Positions 1-9,872 of a DNA stretch of 64,000 nt are shown one piece after another. Position 1 is the first letter of the stretch. Every line of letters begins with the position of its first letter. A model generated the notes under the pieces. The model had not been told where the DNA came from. It saw nothing but the letters and a program-made list of their open reading frames with translations, and ran no database searches. The stretch comes from an uncultured Acidobacteriota bacterium. GTDB taxonomy: Bacteria > Acidobacteriota > Thermoanaerobaculia > UBA5066. A program made the translations under genes and the position numbers. The DNA lies in contig CAVZYA010000003.1 of the NCBI GenBank assembly GCA_963779415.1, forward strand, positions 192,001 to 256,000. The letters are read 5' to 3'.

Positions 1-2502
1 ACCGCGCCCTCGAGCTCCCCGTCGAGCTTCGCTTCCGGAGGAAGGCCGAGAAGCGTCGCGAAGGGCCCGAGCCGGGTCACGGCGAGCCGCAGCGTCGTGG
101 GCGCCCCTTCTCCCGGCGTCTCGGCACGAAGCGACGCCGCGCCCGGGGCTTCGAGGGAGGCGGTCCACCCGCCCCCTCCCGTCTTCGCGGAAAAAGCGAT
201 CGGCGCGCCGGGCTCGCCGAGGGCCGCCTCCCCGAGAGCCGCCTCGCGAACCGTCCCCGAGATGGAAAGGGCCGGCCTCTCGACCGTCCCCTCCCCCGCG
301 ACCCGCGCCGAGATCCGCCCGGAGAGCGACGGAACGCTCGCGGAGAGGCGCCCGATCGAGGACGCCGGGATGGAGTCGGCGTCGAGGGTGAGGTCGAAGC
401 CTCCGTCCGCGAAGCGGTAGAAGCCCGCTCCGTGCGCTCTCCCATCGCCGACCGCTCCTTCGGCATCCGCGATCCGGATCCGGTCTCCCTCGAAGGCGAG
501 CGTCCCCATGAGCCGGTCGAACGACTGGCCCCACGCCGCCCCTTTCTCCCAGACGACCGCCCCTTGGCCGCGGAGCGCCGGCGTGATTCCCGAGAGGGGC
601 AGCCGTCCGGTCAACGGCCCCGACATCGGAAGGTCGAAGTCGAGAAAGGCGAGGACACGCTCGAGCGGCCAGGCGCGAAGATCGGCCACGAGATCGTCGA
701 GCTTGTAGTGGCCGGCCAAGGCTCCCCCCCAACCGATCTTTCCCGTGACCGACAGAGAGGAATTGCCGTCGGCCGCGGCGAACGGGGCGAAGGTCGCGGT
801 ATTGCCGTCGACGGTGACGTTCGCCTTCACATCGCCGAAGCGGGCGCCCCTGAGGACGAAGTTCTCCGCTTCGAAGCTCGCGACGACGTAAGGGTTGCCG
901 AAGGCCCGCGTGAGCTGCGCCTCGAGGCTCCCGGAGCCGCCGAGGCCTAGCGGCGGCGTGAGCGGCTCCTTCTGGATCGCGGCGTACCAGTTCTCGGCGA
1001 CGCGCTGAAGCTCGGCGAGATCGGGCGCTTCGGCACGCAGCGTCAGGTCGGGCGTCCAGCTGCCGAGGGCGATCGTGCCGTCGAGCCGCGCCTGAAGCCC
1101 GCCCTGCGTCGTGAGCGGGAAATGATCGAAGAGGATCTTCCCGCCGCGAATGGCCAGATCCCCGCCGCCGGACGTCGGAAGGGCGTGCCGGCCGCGGACG
1201 GCAGACGGAGACGACGGGTCCGGGACGATCCGGAGCGCGCCGACGCCGTCGGCCCTCTCGATCCCGCCCGGGCCCCAGGTGAGCGTCGTGTCGAGGTCGC
1301 CACGCCCCGTCATCCCCGTCCCGGGAAGGCCGATCGCCGCGAAGAAGCTCTCGAAACCGAGATCGTGCCCATGGACGATCAGGTCGACCGGAATCGGCGG
1401 GTTCTTGAGCCGCTCGACCCGGACGTCGGCCTCGACCGTCCCGCCGAGCATCTCCGCCCGCGTCACCTTCGCGAGGACCCCCGCCTTGTCGACGTAGAGG
1501 ATTCCCGAGGCCTTCACGGGGAACGGACCGAAGGCGCCGTCGTCGACGGCGAACGACGCCCGTGCCTCGACCCCCCCCTTCTCCTTCACGAGAAGAGATC
1601 CCGCGATCCGGAGCGGGCCCGAGAGCGGCACTCCGATCCCGAAGAGCTGGCCCAGCGCCTCGCCGCGCGTCTCGATCGTCGGGAAGAGCTGAAGCGTCGG
1701 GTGGCGCAGATTGTCGATCCCGCCGAACGCGTCGAGCGAGAGCCGCTGACCGCGCAGGTGGAGGTCGTGGATCTTCAGTCGTCCCGGCGACAGGTCGGCT
1801 CCGACGCCGAAGGAGAAGTCGAGCGTCTCGTAGTCGCCGATACGGACCCGCGCCTTCCGGACGCCGAGATCGAGGTACGAGGTGGAGGAGAATCGCGAAC
1901 GGCGCGAGACGAACGCCGCCTCCGAAAGGACCGCGTCCAGCTGCGCCGACCACTCCCGGAACCGGAAGGTCGCCCGCTGGACGACAGCCTCCGAGAGAAT
2001 GACGTCGAGCCCGCCTTCCCCGTCCCCCTCCGAGAGCCGGGAAAAGTTGTTCGTCCCGTCCTCGAAGACCTCGAAGACGATCGTGGGGGCGACGAGGCGG
2101 AACTTCGGCAGCTCGAGCCGGCGTCCGAAGAGCGACGGGAGGCCCCGGAACTCGACCTCGCTCGCGGCGAAGCAGGGGCCCGGAAGGCCGCGCGGGTCGT
2201 TCCCGATCGAGACGTCGCGCACGACGAAGGCGGGGGAGAAGCGAGAGGTCGAACCTTCCGATCCTGACCGGGCGGGCCCACTTCTTCGAGAGGAAGGTCT
2301 CCGTCCGGTGCCGCAGAAGTTCCTGGAACTTCACCGAGCGAAAGACGGCGTAGAGGACGAGGATCGCGAAAAGGAGAAGAAGGCCAAAGAGGCGCAGGAC
2401 CCGGACCTGGGTCAGCGTCAGGCCGGGAATGTGCGGGTGCGGGATGCGAACCCGGCGTCCCAGGTGGCGCGTCGCCTCGGGACCGCCGTCCGGACTCGCC
2501 AT
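1..2502 (-). CDS. TamB/AsmA-like large beta-strand-rich envelope protein (partial; C-terminus runs off the window)
   Basis: Not in the ORF track. Manual translation from ATG 2502 gives MASPDGG..., one N-terminal TM segment (VLRLFGLLLFAILVLYAVF), then long alternating-hydrophobic Gly-rich strands (SLSGRISARVAGEGTVERPALSISGTV). No stop was found down to base 1. Confidence 0.75.
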   Translation of the reverse strand, partial: MASPDGGPEATRHLGRRVRIPHPHIPGLTLTQVRVLRLFGLLLLFAILVLYAVFRSVKFQELLRHRTETFLSKKWARPVRIGRFDLSLLPRLRRARRLDRERPARPSGPLLRRERGRVPGPPVALRTPARAAEVPPRRPHDRLRGLRGRDEQLFPALGGGRGRRARRHSLGGCRPAGDLPVPGVVGAAGRGPFGGGVRLAPFAILLHLVPRSRRPEGAGPYRRLRDARLLLRRRSRPVAGTTEDPRPPPARSAALARRVRRDRQSAPPDASALPDDRDARRGAGPALRDRSAALGPAPDRGISSREGEGGGRGTGVVRRRRRRLRSVPREGLGNPLRRQGGGPREGDAGGDARRDGRGRRPGRAAQEPADSGRPDRPWARSRFRELLRGDRPSRDGDDGAWRPRHDAHLGPGRDREGRRRRRAPDRPGPVVSVCRPRPARPSDVRRRGSGHSRREDPLRSFPAHDAGRASGAARRHDRPRQLDARPDAACRSARSRRASARRRELVRRDPEGAAHAAARPRRLREPRGAAHAGLRQPLRRRELRSGELRPQGRPLRRCEGERHRRRQYRDLRPVRRGRRQFLSVGHGKDRLGGSLGRPLQARRSRGRSSRLAARACPRLSRLRPSDVGAVDRTAAPLGNHAGAPRPRGGRLGERGGVGPVVRPAHGDARLRGRPDPDRGCRRSGRRWESARSGLLPLRGRRLRPHPRRRLHPGVLDRAPLRERSVALRADLGAGRGGGDGREAGPFHLGDGSRGGSRGGGPRRARRADRFFREDGRGRVDRLPRSPGRGVASCRDAGRRGAHDAAARRDPARALRDASRPSSGSEARRGARGRG

Positions 2503-2508
2503 GCCCCC

Positions 2509-3405
2509 TTAGCGGCTCCCGTTTCCGTGACCGCCGCCGAACGAGAGCTTCCCGGCGAGGACGTCGAAGAAGGAGTCCTTCGAGTGGCGGACGAGGCCGA
2601 CCGAGACCGGGGCCCGCGCCACGGAGATCCTCATCGCCGACGACACCGGGAGCCCTTCCTGCCCGTCGAGCGTCAGGTAGACGTCCGTCGGGTCCCCTTC
2701 GACGGCCAGCTCGAGCCGGACGGAGTCGGGAAGGACGAGAGGCCGGAGCGAAAGCGTGTGGGGGCAGATCGGCGTCAGGAGGAGCGCGGGCATCTGCGGC
2801 TCGAGGATCGGCCCGCCGGCCGAGAGGTTGTAGCCCGTCGATCCCGTCGGCGTCGCGATGATGATGCCGTCCCCGCGGTACCGCGAGACGACGGCGCCGT
2901 CCGCCTCCACGCGGATCACGGCGATCCGCGCGAGGGCGGAGCGAGAGACGACCGCGTCGTTGACGACCCGATACCGGCGCGGCGGCCGCCCCGGCTCACT
3001 CACCGTGACGTCGAAGAGCCGGCGACGCTCGACCGGAGCCTCGCCTCGGAGCGCCGCCTCGAGAAGCCGCGGGAACTCCTCCGGGCTGCAGGCCGTCAGG
3101 AATCCGAGAGTCCCGCCGATGTCGACGCCGAGGACGGGAACGCCCGGCGAGGGGTGCCGGGCGACGGAGAGAAGCGTCCCGTCGCCCCCCAGCGACACGA
3201 CGAGGTCGACGGCGGACGCGATCTCCGAGCGCGCGATGCCGGGCGCCCCGCGCGCCGCGGCGGACTCGGCGTCGTGGACCACGGTGAGACCGCGCCGCCG
3301 GAGCGCCCGCGCGAGGCTGCGCGACAGCTCCAGCGCTTCGGTGCTCGTGTAGCGCGTCACCAGCCCGACCCGCCTGATCCGCCGGGACTTGCGGGCAGTT
3401 CTCAT
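2509..3405 (-). CDS. nadK: NAD(+) kinase
   Basis: SLGGDGTLL, VNDAVV and GDGIIIATPTGSTGYNLSAGGP motifs. Confidence 0.95.
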   Translation of the reverse strand: MRTARKSRRIRRVGLVTRYTSTEALELSRSLARALRRRGLTVVHDAESAAARGAPGIARSEIASAVDLVVSLGGDGTLLSVARHPSPGVPVLGVDIGGTLGFLTACSPEEFPRLLEAALRGEAPVERRRLFDVTVSEPGRPPRRYRVVNDAVVSRSALARIAVIRVEADGAVVSRYRGDGIIIATPTGSTGYNLSAGGPILEPQMPALLLTPICPHTLSLRPLVLPDSVRLELAVEGDPTDVYLTLDGQEGLPVSSAMRISVARAPVSVGLVRHSKDSFFDVLAGKLSFGGGHGNGSR

Positions 3406-3414
3406 CGTCTGAAT

Positions 3415-4179
3415 TTAACGCGAATCCGCCGGATTCGCGGCCCGAAATGCGGAGAGGAACTCCTCGTTGCCGTCGGCTCCCGCGATCGGCGACGCCGTCG
3501 TCCCGATCGAGAGGAATCCGAGGTCCCCGGCGGCGGAGACGACACGCGCCACGGCGCGCGCGCGGACCGCTTCGTCGCGGACGATCCCGCCCCGCCCCAC
3601 CTCGCCGCGCGCCGACTCGAACTGCGGCTTGACGAGGAGGACGACGTCCGCCGAAGGGGCGAGGAGCGGGACGACGGCGGGGAGGATCAGCGTCAGGGAG
3701 ATGAAGGAGACGTCCGCGACGAAAAGATCCACCGGCTCGGGAACTTCGGCTTGCGAAAGATGCCGCGCGTTCACCTTCTCCCGAAGGACGACGCGCGGAT
3801 CGCCGCGAAGCTTCGCGTGGAGCTGGCCGTACCCGACGTCGACCGCATAGACCTTCCGGGCGCCCCGCGAGAGGAGGACGTCCGTGAACCCTCCCGTCGA
3901 CGCCCCCACGTCGAGGCAGACCTTCCCCGACGGGTCGATCCCGAACCGGTCGAGCCCGGCCGCCAGCTTCACCCCGCCCCGCGAAACCCAGGGATGCTCC
4001 GGGTCCGAGACCGAAATCTCCGCATCGGGGCGGACAGGCGTCCCGGGCTTCGGAACGGCGACCCCTTTCACTGTCACCCGCCCGGCGAGGATCAGCGCCT
4101 CGGCCCGCGTCCGGCTCTCCGCCATCCCCCGCTCGACGAGCAGCCGGTCCAGCCTGACTCGCGGTGCCTTTGCGGTCAC
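3415..4179 (-). CDS. tlyA: TlyA family RNA 2'-O-methyltransferase
   Basis: S4 domain RLDRLLVERG, SRGGVKL, LDVGASTGGFTD, DVSFISL, VKPQFE. True start is GTG 4179, overlapping the upstream TGA. Confidence 0.95.
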   Translation of the reverse strand: MTAKAPRVRLDRLLVERGMAESRTRAEALILAGRVTVKGVAVPKPGTPVRPDAEISVSDPEHPWVSRGGVKLAAGLDRFGIDPSGKVCLDVGASTGGFTDVLLSRGARKVYAVDVGYGQLHAKLRGDPRVVLREKVNARHLSQAEVPEPVDLFVADVSFISLTLILPAVVPLLAPSADVVLLVKPQFESARGEVGRGGIVRDEAVRARAVARVVSAAGDLGFLSIGTTASPIAGADGNEEFLSAFRAANPADSR

Positions 4180-5195
4180 CGCGTGACTATCACCTTGAGG
4201 ACGTCGCCGCGGGCGCGAGCGAGGCGGAAGGCTTCCGGGGCGTCGGCGAGCGGGACGCGGTGGGTGACGATCCGGTCGGCGCGGACGACGCCGCTCGCGA
4301 TGAGGGACATCGCCCGCTTCAGCTCCGCGGCGCCGCAGGAGTACGAGAAGCGGAGCGAAAGGTCGCGGAGGTACGCCGTGTGCGGCGCGAGGCTCCAGCG
4401 CGTCTCGGGGGGGACCGGCGAATAGAGGACGACGCGCCCCGCCGGCGCGGCGGCCTCGACCGCGGTCTCGAACGCGGAAGCGGCGTAGGGGAGGACGAAG
4501 ACGGCGTCGGCTCCCCAGCCGGCGCTCTCCTCGCGCACGACGGACGCGAGCCCTTCCGCCGGGTCGAGGAGTCGGTCGAAGCCGAGCTTCTTCGCCGAAG
4601 CCCTCCGGGCCGGATCGGGATCGCTTCCGATCAGTCGTACCGCTCCCGCCTCGCGCGCCAGAAGCCCAAGGAGGACACCACTCGACCCGAGGCCGATCAC
4701 CGCCACGAGATCGCCGGGCCTCACCGCGCCCCGGTCGACCGCCTTGAGGGCGCAGGCGACCGGCTCTGCCAGCGCCCCGTCCTCGAACGAGAGGCCGTCG
4801 GGGACGAGGAGCGTGTCCGTGGCAACGGTCTCGGCTTCCGCGCGGAAGAAGTCGGCGAGGCCCCCGGGGTGGAGGCGGTTCGGCTTCCAGGCCGGGCACA
4901 TCACCGGCTCGCCGGCCTGGCACGACCGGCAGCGCCCGCATGCCGCATGGTGGTGGACGAAGACGCGGTCGCCCGGGCGGAAGGCCGTGACCCCCTTCCC
5001 CACGGCCGCGACGACGCCCGCCGGCTCGTGCCCGAGTACCGCCGGCGCCTTCGACGCCACATACCACGGGGCGAGGTCGCTTCCGCAAAGCCCGACCGCC
5101 TTCATCTCGACGAGAAGCTCTCCCGGCCCGATCGCCGGGACCGGCACCTCGACGACCTCGATGTTGTCGAGCGAGCGGACGAGGGCGGCCTTCAC
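4176..5195 (-). CDS. Zinc-dependent (MDR) alcohol/polyol dehydrogenase
   Basis: CGSD...GHEPAG catalytic Zn site, CGRCRSC-x7-C structural Zn site, GLGSSG Rossmann motif. Confidence 0.9.
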   Translation of the reverse strand: MKAALVRSLDNIEVVEVPVPAIGPGELLVEMKAVGLCGSDLAPWYVASKAPAVLGHEPAGVVAAVGKGVTAFRPGDRVFVHHHAACGRCRSCQAGEPVMCPAWKPNRLHPGGLADFFRAEAETVATDTLLVPDGLSFEDGALAEPVACALKAVDRGAVRPGDLVAVIGLGSSGVLLGLLAREAGAVRLIGSDPDPARRASAKKLGFDRLLDPAEGLASVVREESAGWGADAVFVLPYAASAFETAVEAAAPAGRVVLYSPVPPETRWSLAPHTAYLRDLSLRFSYSCGAAELKRAMSLIASGVVRADRIVTHRVPLADAPEAFRLARARGDVLKVIVTR

Positions 5196-6205
5196 GGAAC
5201 GATCACCAGCTTCATCACTTCACCCCGCTCCACCTCGTCGAACGCCCCGCGCCACCCGGAAAGAGGGCGCGTTCCCGAGAGAACCGGCGCCGACGGCACC
5301 TCGCCCGAGGCGAGGAGCGAGAGCGCGCGGTCTGCGTCGGCCGGCGTGTAGTGGAAGGAGCCGACGACGGACACCTCCTCGTAGTGGACCCGGAACGCGT
5401 CGACGTCGAGCCGGCTTCCCGCCGCCATTCCGGCGAAGAGAAGGAGCGTTCCCCCCGGGGCGACACGCGCGGCGAGAGACGACGCGACCGCCGGCGAGCC
5501 GGTCGTGTCGATGACGAGGTCGAAGAAGCCCGGAACGGCGGACCGGATCGCGTCGGCGGAGCCGGTCCTGTCGAGGCGGACCACTTCTGCCCCCATCCCT
5601 TCGAGGCTGAGAAGCCGAACGCGTTCCACCCCTGCGACGACGACTCCCGCGGCCTTCTCTCTCAGAAGAAGATGATGCAGCGCCGCGATCGGCCCGCACC
5701 CGGCGATCAGGACGCGCGCGCCGGAGCGCGGCGGAACCCGCGAAAGGCCGTGGACGACCGAGGCGAGCGGGTCCAGAAGCGCGGCTGCCTCGAAGGAAAG
5801 CCCGTCCGGAATCTTCCGGACGGCTCCCCGGACGAGGCGCGACGAGAGGCAGACCCGGTCCGCGAAGGCCCCCCAGAGCGGCGCCTCGAAAGCCGTCTCG
5901 CAGAGATTCGCCCTTCCGGCCCGGCAGGTTGCGCAGGTCCCGCAGGGCGCCGTGACAGCCGACGTGACGCGCGCCCCCGGCGCGAATGGCGACCCTTCCC
6001 CAGCCGACACGACGATGCCCGCCACCTCGTGCCCGAGCGTCACCGGAAACGGCACCTTCGGGTGCCCGCGCCGGAGGAGCTTCAGGTCGGTGCCGCACGT
6101 CAGGGCCGCCCGGACCTCCACGACGATTTCTCCCGGACCGGGCACCGGGTCCGGCCGATCCACGAGGGAGGCCCGCCCCGGACCGTCGCAGACGAGGGCG
6201 CGCAT
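5192..6205 (-). CDS. Zinc-dependent (MDR) alcohol/polyol dehydrogenase
   Basis: CGTD...GHEVAG, CGTCATC-x7-C, GCGPIA Rossmann-like motif. Confidence 0.9.
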   Translation of the reverse strand: MRALVCDGPGRASLVDRPDPVPGPGEIVVEVRAALTCGTDLKLLRRGHPKVPFPVTLGHEVAGIVVSAGEGSPFAPGARVTSAVTAPCGTCATCRAGRANLCETAFEAPLWGAFADRVCLSSRLVRGAVRKIPDGLSFEAAALLDPLASVVHGLSRVPPRSGARVLIAGCGPIAALHHLLLREKAAGVVVAGVERVRLLSLEGMGAEVVRLDRTGSADAIRSAVPGFFDLVIDTTGSPAVASSLAARVAPGGTLLLFAGMAAGSRLDVDAFRVHYEEVSVVGSFHYTPADADRALSLLASGEVPSAPVLSGTRPLSGWRGAFDEVERGEVMKLVIVP

Positions 6206-6288
6206 CGCCCAGAAGCGTAGCAGCGTCGGCGCGGAGGTGAAGCAACCGTCTTCTTGACGGCGTCCCGGGTCACGATCAGTCTCGCGCG

Positions 6289-7227
6289 GTGACGCCGCCC
6301 AGCCCGGCCGCCGGTCCGAGCGCTCCGGCCTACGCCCTCCTCTCGGTGGCGACGGCTCTCGTCACGATCACGCTCAAGCTCGTGGCGTGGCGGCTCACGG
6401 GATCGGTGGGCCTCCTCTCCGACGCCATCGAGTCGTTCGTGAACCTGCTCGCGGCGCTCGTGGCGTTCTGGGCGCTCATGGTCGCGAAGAAGCCGGCCGA
6501 TCCGGAGCACGCCTTCGGCCACACGAAGGCCGAGTACCTGGCGAGCGGATTCGAGGGGATGGCGATCCTCGCCGCGGCCGCGGCCATCGCGGCGACGTCC
6601 GTGGACCGCCTCTTCCATCTCCAGCCCCTCACGGCGATCGGGGCCGGCCTCGGCGTCTCCGTCGTCGCTTCGGCCGTGAACGGGGCGGCGGCCTTCGTTC
6701 TCCTCCGCGCGGGGCGCCGGCTCAACTCGATCACCCTCCGCGCCGACGCATGGCACCTCTTCACCGACGTCTGGACCTCGGCGGGCGTCCTCGCCGGCGT
6801 GGGCCTCGTCTGGGCGACCGGCTGGCTCCTCCTCGACCCGGTCGTCGCCCTCCTCGTGGCCGCGAACATCGTCTGGACGGGGATGAAGCTTCTCCGCGAG
6901 ACGGGGCATGGCCTCCTCGACCGGGCGCTGAACGAGAAGGACCAGAAGAAGATCGACGCGATCCTCGACGGCTACCGCGTCCGGGGCGTCGAGTTCCACG
7001 AAGTCCGGACGCGCGCGGCAGGCCCGCGCCATTTCGTCCAGATGCACGTCCTCGTTCCCGGGGGGTGGACGGTCCAGTCGGGCCACGACCTTCTCGAGGA
7101 CGTCGAGGCCGCGATCGTCGCCACACTCCCCGGCGCCTCCGTCATCACCCACCTCGAGCCGCTCGAGGACCCGGCCTCGTGGGACGACGAAGGGCTGGAA
7201 CGGAAGCCGAAATCTCCGGCGGGCTGA
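6289..7227 (+). CDS. Cation diffusion facilitator (FieF-like) transporter
   Basis: GSVGLLSDAIES, PADPEHAFGHTKAEY, ADAWHLFTDVWTS, C-terminal THLEP. Confidence 0.92.
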   Translation: MTPPSPAAGPSAPAYALLSVATALVTITLKLVAWRLTGSVGLLSDAIESFVNLLAALVAFWALMVAKKPADPEHAFGHTKAEYLASGFEGMAILAAAAAIAATSVDRLFHLQPLTAIGAGLGVSVVASAVNGAAAFVLLRAGRRLNSITLRADAWHLFTDVWTSAGVLAGVGLVWATGWLLLDPVVALLVAANIVWTGMKLLRETGHGLLDRALNEKDQKKIDAILDGYRVRGVEFHEVRTRAAGPRHFVQMHVLVPGGWTVQSGHDLLEDVEAAIVATLPGASVITHLEPLEDPASWDDEGLERKPKSPAG

Positions 7228-7234
7228 CGTTCCC

Positions 7235-8167
7235 TCAGCGGTCGCGGCGGGCGACGTAGGTCGCGAGAGCCGAGAGGGGGCCGGCGGGCCCTTCGAAAGC
7301 GCGGGCGGCCTCGAGTGTCCACGAAAGCGCGCGCTCCAGCTCCGCCTTCGCGCCCTCGAGCCCGAAGAGGTTCGGATAGGTCAGCTTGTGCTGCTCGACG
7401 TCCTTCCCGGCCGTCTTCCCGAGCGTCGACGACTCCTGCGTCACGTCGAGGATGTCGTCGGCGATCTGGAAGAGGAGTCCCAGCCGCTCGCCGAACGCCG
7501 CGGCGGCCGAGCGAACGGAGGGGTCCGCGCCGGCGTAGAGCGCGCCCAATTCGACGGAGGCCCGGAGCAGCCGGCCGGTCTTGAGCAGGTGGATCTTCCT
7601 GAGAAGCGAGACCGGATCGGAAACGTCGCTCGCGTCCGTCGCGGCGAGGTCGAGGGCCTGCCCACCGGCCATCCCGTCGAGGCCGAGAGCGCGCGCCGCG
7701 AGGGCTCCGGCCTCGGCCCGCCGCGCCGCGAACGTGTCGCCCCGCGGGCGCGTCGCGAGGATCTCGAAGCCGAGAGTCTGGAGGGTGTCCCCGGCGAGAA
7801 GCGCCGTCGCCTCGCCGAAGACGACGTGACAGGTCGGCTTCCCACGCCTGAGGTCGTCGTCGTCCATGCAGGGAAGGTCATCGTGGATGAGGGAATAGGT
7901 GTGGAAGAGCTCGAGCGCAGAAGCGGCCGCCGCGAGCTCCCCGCGGGGCGGAAGAGACCCCGGCGGCTCACTGGCCCCGCACGCCTCGGCGGCGAGAAGG
8001 CAGAGGACCGGGCGAATCCGTTTTCCTCCGGCGAGCGTCGAATGGCGCATCGCCGCGGCCAGCCCCTTCGGATCCTCTCCTTCCGTCGGGAGTATGGTGA
8101 GGAGCGCCCGCTCGACCTCGGTCCGCCGCGCCTCGAGAAGCTCCGGAAGCGATGCCGGCGCTATCAC
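7235..8167 (-). CDS. ispA: Farnesyl/geranylgeranyl diphosphate synthase
   Basis: GGKRIRP, HDDLPCMDDDDLRRGKPT, FQIADDILD, GKTAGKD; follows xseB. Confidence 0.93.
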   Translation of the reverse strand: MIAPASLPELLEARRTEVERALLTILPTEGEDPKGLAAAMRHSTLAGGKRIRPVLCLLAAEACGASEPPGSLPPRGELAAAASALELFHTYSLIHDDLPCMDDDDLRRGKPTCHVVFGEATALLAGDTLQTLGFEILATRPRGDTFAARRAEAGALAARALGLDGMAGGQALDLAATDASDVSDPVSLLRKIHLLKTGRLLRASVELGALYAGADPSVRSAAAAFGERLGLLFQIADDILDVTQESSTLGKTAGKDVEQHKLTYPNLFGLEGAKAELERALSWTLEAARAFEGPAGPLSALATYVARRDR

Positions 8168-8439
8168 GCCTTCTCGTCCTCCTCGTCCCCGGCTTCTTCC
8201 AGCTCCTTCGTCTCGAATCCCTCGGGCGTTTCCTTGAGGACGACCTCGACGCGGCGCTGGATCTCGTCTATCTTCCCGCGGCAGAACCGGGCGAGAGCCA
8301 CCCCCTCCTCGAACAGGGCGAGCGACGACTCGAGCCCCTTCTCGGGATCCTCCAGCTCGCCAGTGATCTCCTGGAGCCGCGCGAGCGCCTTCTCGAACGT
8401 CAGGTTCTTCGGGAGAGGAGCGGCCTTACTCTTGGTCAT
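8164..8439 (-). CDS. xseB: Exodeoxyribonuclease VII small subunit
   Basis: FEKALARLQEI...LESSLALFEEG. Confidence 0.95.
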   Translation of the reverse strand: MTKSKAAPLPKNLTFEKALARLQEITGELEDPEKGLESSLALFEEGVALARFCRGKIDEIQRRVEVVLKETPEGFETKELEEAGDEEDEKA

Positions 8440-9862
8440 CGGGCACCCTCGTTTCCGTCACGCGAGCGCGAATCTCGCCGTGATCGAGAAGAATCTTCAG
8501 GGGGTCTCCGGCGGAGACCTTCGCGGCATCTCGGAGCGGAGTCCGCTCGCCCTCGCGGTAAGTCACGGAGTACCCCCGCGAGAGGACCTTGAGCGGGCTC
8601 AAGGCGTCGAGGGAGGCCGAGAGCGTTGAGAGGCGGCCCGACCCTCGGGTGAAGACCGCCTTCATCCGCTCCTCCAGCGCGTCGGCAAGCTGCCCGGAGC
8701 TTCTTCGAAGGAGGGGGAAGGCCGTCCGCGCCGGCCAGCCGCGAAGCCGCTCGTCCAGCCGCGCCAGCCGCGCTCCGAACGCAAGCGGGAGCGCTCGAAA
8801 AGTCGACAGCAGCTCCGCGGAAGCGGAGTCTGCTTCAGCCTCTCCCGCGTTGACCCTCGAAGGAAATGCGGCGAACCCCGTCGAGAGAAGCAGTCCTTTC
8901 AGCTCCCCGTCCGCCTCGGCCAGCCTCCCTCTCAGGATCTTCATCAGGTCTTTCCTCGTCGCCAGGAGCCGCATCTCGAAGTCATCCCGCCGGGCGACGA
9001 CCAGCTCGGCCGCCTGCGACGGCGTGGCGGCCCGGACGTCGGCGGCGAGGTCGGTGAGCGTCACGTCGATCTCGTGCCCGACGGCCGAGATCGTCGGCAC
9101 CCTCGACGAGGCGACCGCGCGGACGACCCGCTCGTCGTTGAACGCCGCGAGGTCCTCCTTCGACCCGCCGCCGCGGGCGACGATCAGAACGTCCGCAGCC
9201 GAGGGGACGCGCGAAAAGGCGGAGACGGCGGCCGCGACCTCCTCCGGCGCTCCCTCCCCCTGCACGCGGACCGGGTAGATCGTGACGTGCGCGTTCGGGA
9301 AGCGGAGAGAGAGGACCCGAAGGACATCGTGGACCGCGGCGCCTCCCAGCGACGTGACCACGCCGATACGCCGGGGCAGGAGGGGGAGCTTTTTCTTCCT
9401 AGAGAGGTCAAAGAGCCCTTCGACCGCCAGCCGCGCTCTCAGCTGCTCGAAGGCCACCTGGAGCGCCCCGACGCCATAGGGCTGAAGCTCCAGAACGCGA
9501 AACGAAAGCTCGCCTTTCGGAGCGTAGACGTCCGGCGTGCCTCTCGCGAGGATCTCCATTCCGTCCCCGGGGGAGAAGCGGACGCGTCGCAGGTCCGACG
9601 CCCACATCTTGGCCCTCAGCGTGGCGTTCCCGTCCTTCAGGGAAAAATAGGCGTGGCCCGAGGGCCAGACTTTCCACTGGCTCAGCTCGCCCCTCACCCA
9701 GGTGTCGGGAAAGCCCGATTTGAGAGCCGCGTCGAGCCGCGCGACGAACTCCGAGACGGTGACGGCGCGCGACGCGGGCCCCCCGTCGCCGAAGGGAAGC
9801 TCCGCTTCCGCGACTCGCGGGGCGCGCCGCGCAGCGAGGGGACGGTACCGCGGGATCGCCAC
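8426..9862 (-). CDS. xseA: Exodeoxyribonuclease VII large subunit
   Basis: SGHAYFSLKD, RGGGSKEDL, SAVGHEID, ADVRAATPS, PLKVLSRGY. Confidence 0.96.
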   Translation of the reverse strand: MAIPRYRPLAARRAPRVAEAELPFGDGGPASRAVTVSEFVARLDAALKSGFPDTWVRGELSQWKVWPSGHAYFSLKDGNATLRAKMWASDLRRVRFSPGDGMEILARGTPDVYAPKGELSFRVLELQPYGVGALQVAFEQLRARLAVEGLFDLSRKKKLPLLPRRIGVVTSLGGAAVHDVLRVLSLRFPNAHVTIYPVRVQGEGAPEEVAAAVSAFSRVPSAADVLIVARGGGSKEDLAAFNDERVVRAVASSRVPTISAVGHEIDVTLTDLAADVRAATPSQAAELVVARRDDFEMRLLATRKDLMKILRGRLAEADGELKGLLLSTGFAAFPSRVNAGEAEADSASAELLSTFRALPLAFGARLARLDERLRGWPARTAFPLLRRSSGQLADALEERMKAVFTRGSGRLSTLSASLDALSPLKVLSRGYSVTYREGERTPLRDAAKVSAGDPLKILLDHGEIRARVTETRVPDDQE

Positions 9863-9872
9863 GCGGCGGATT

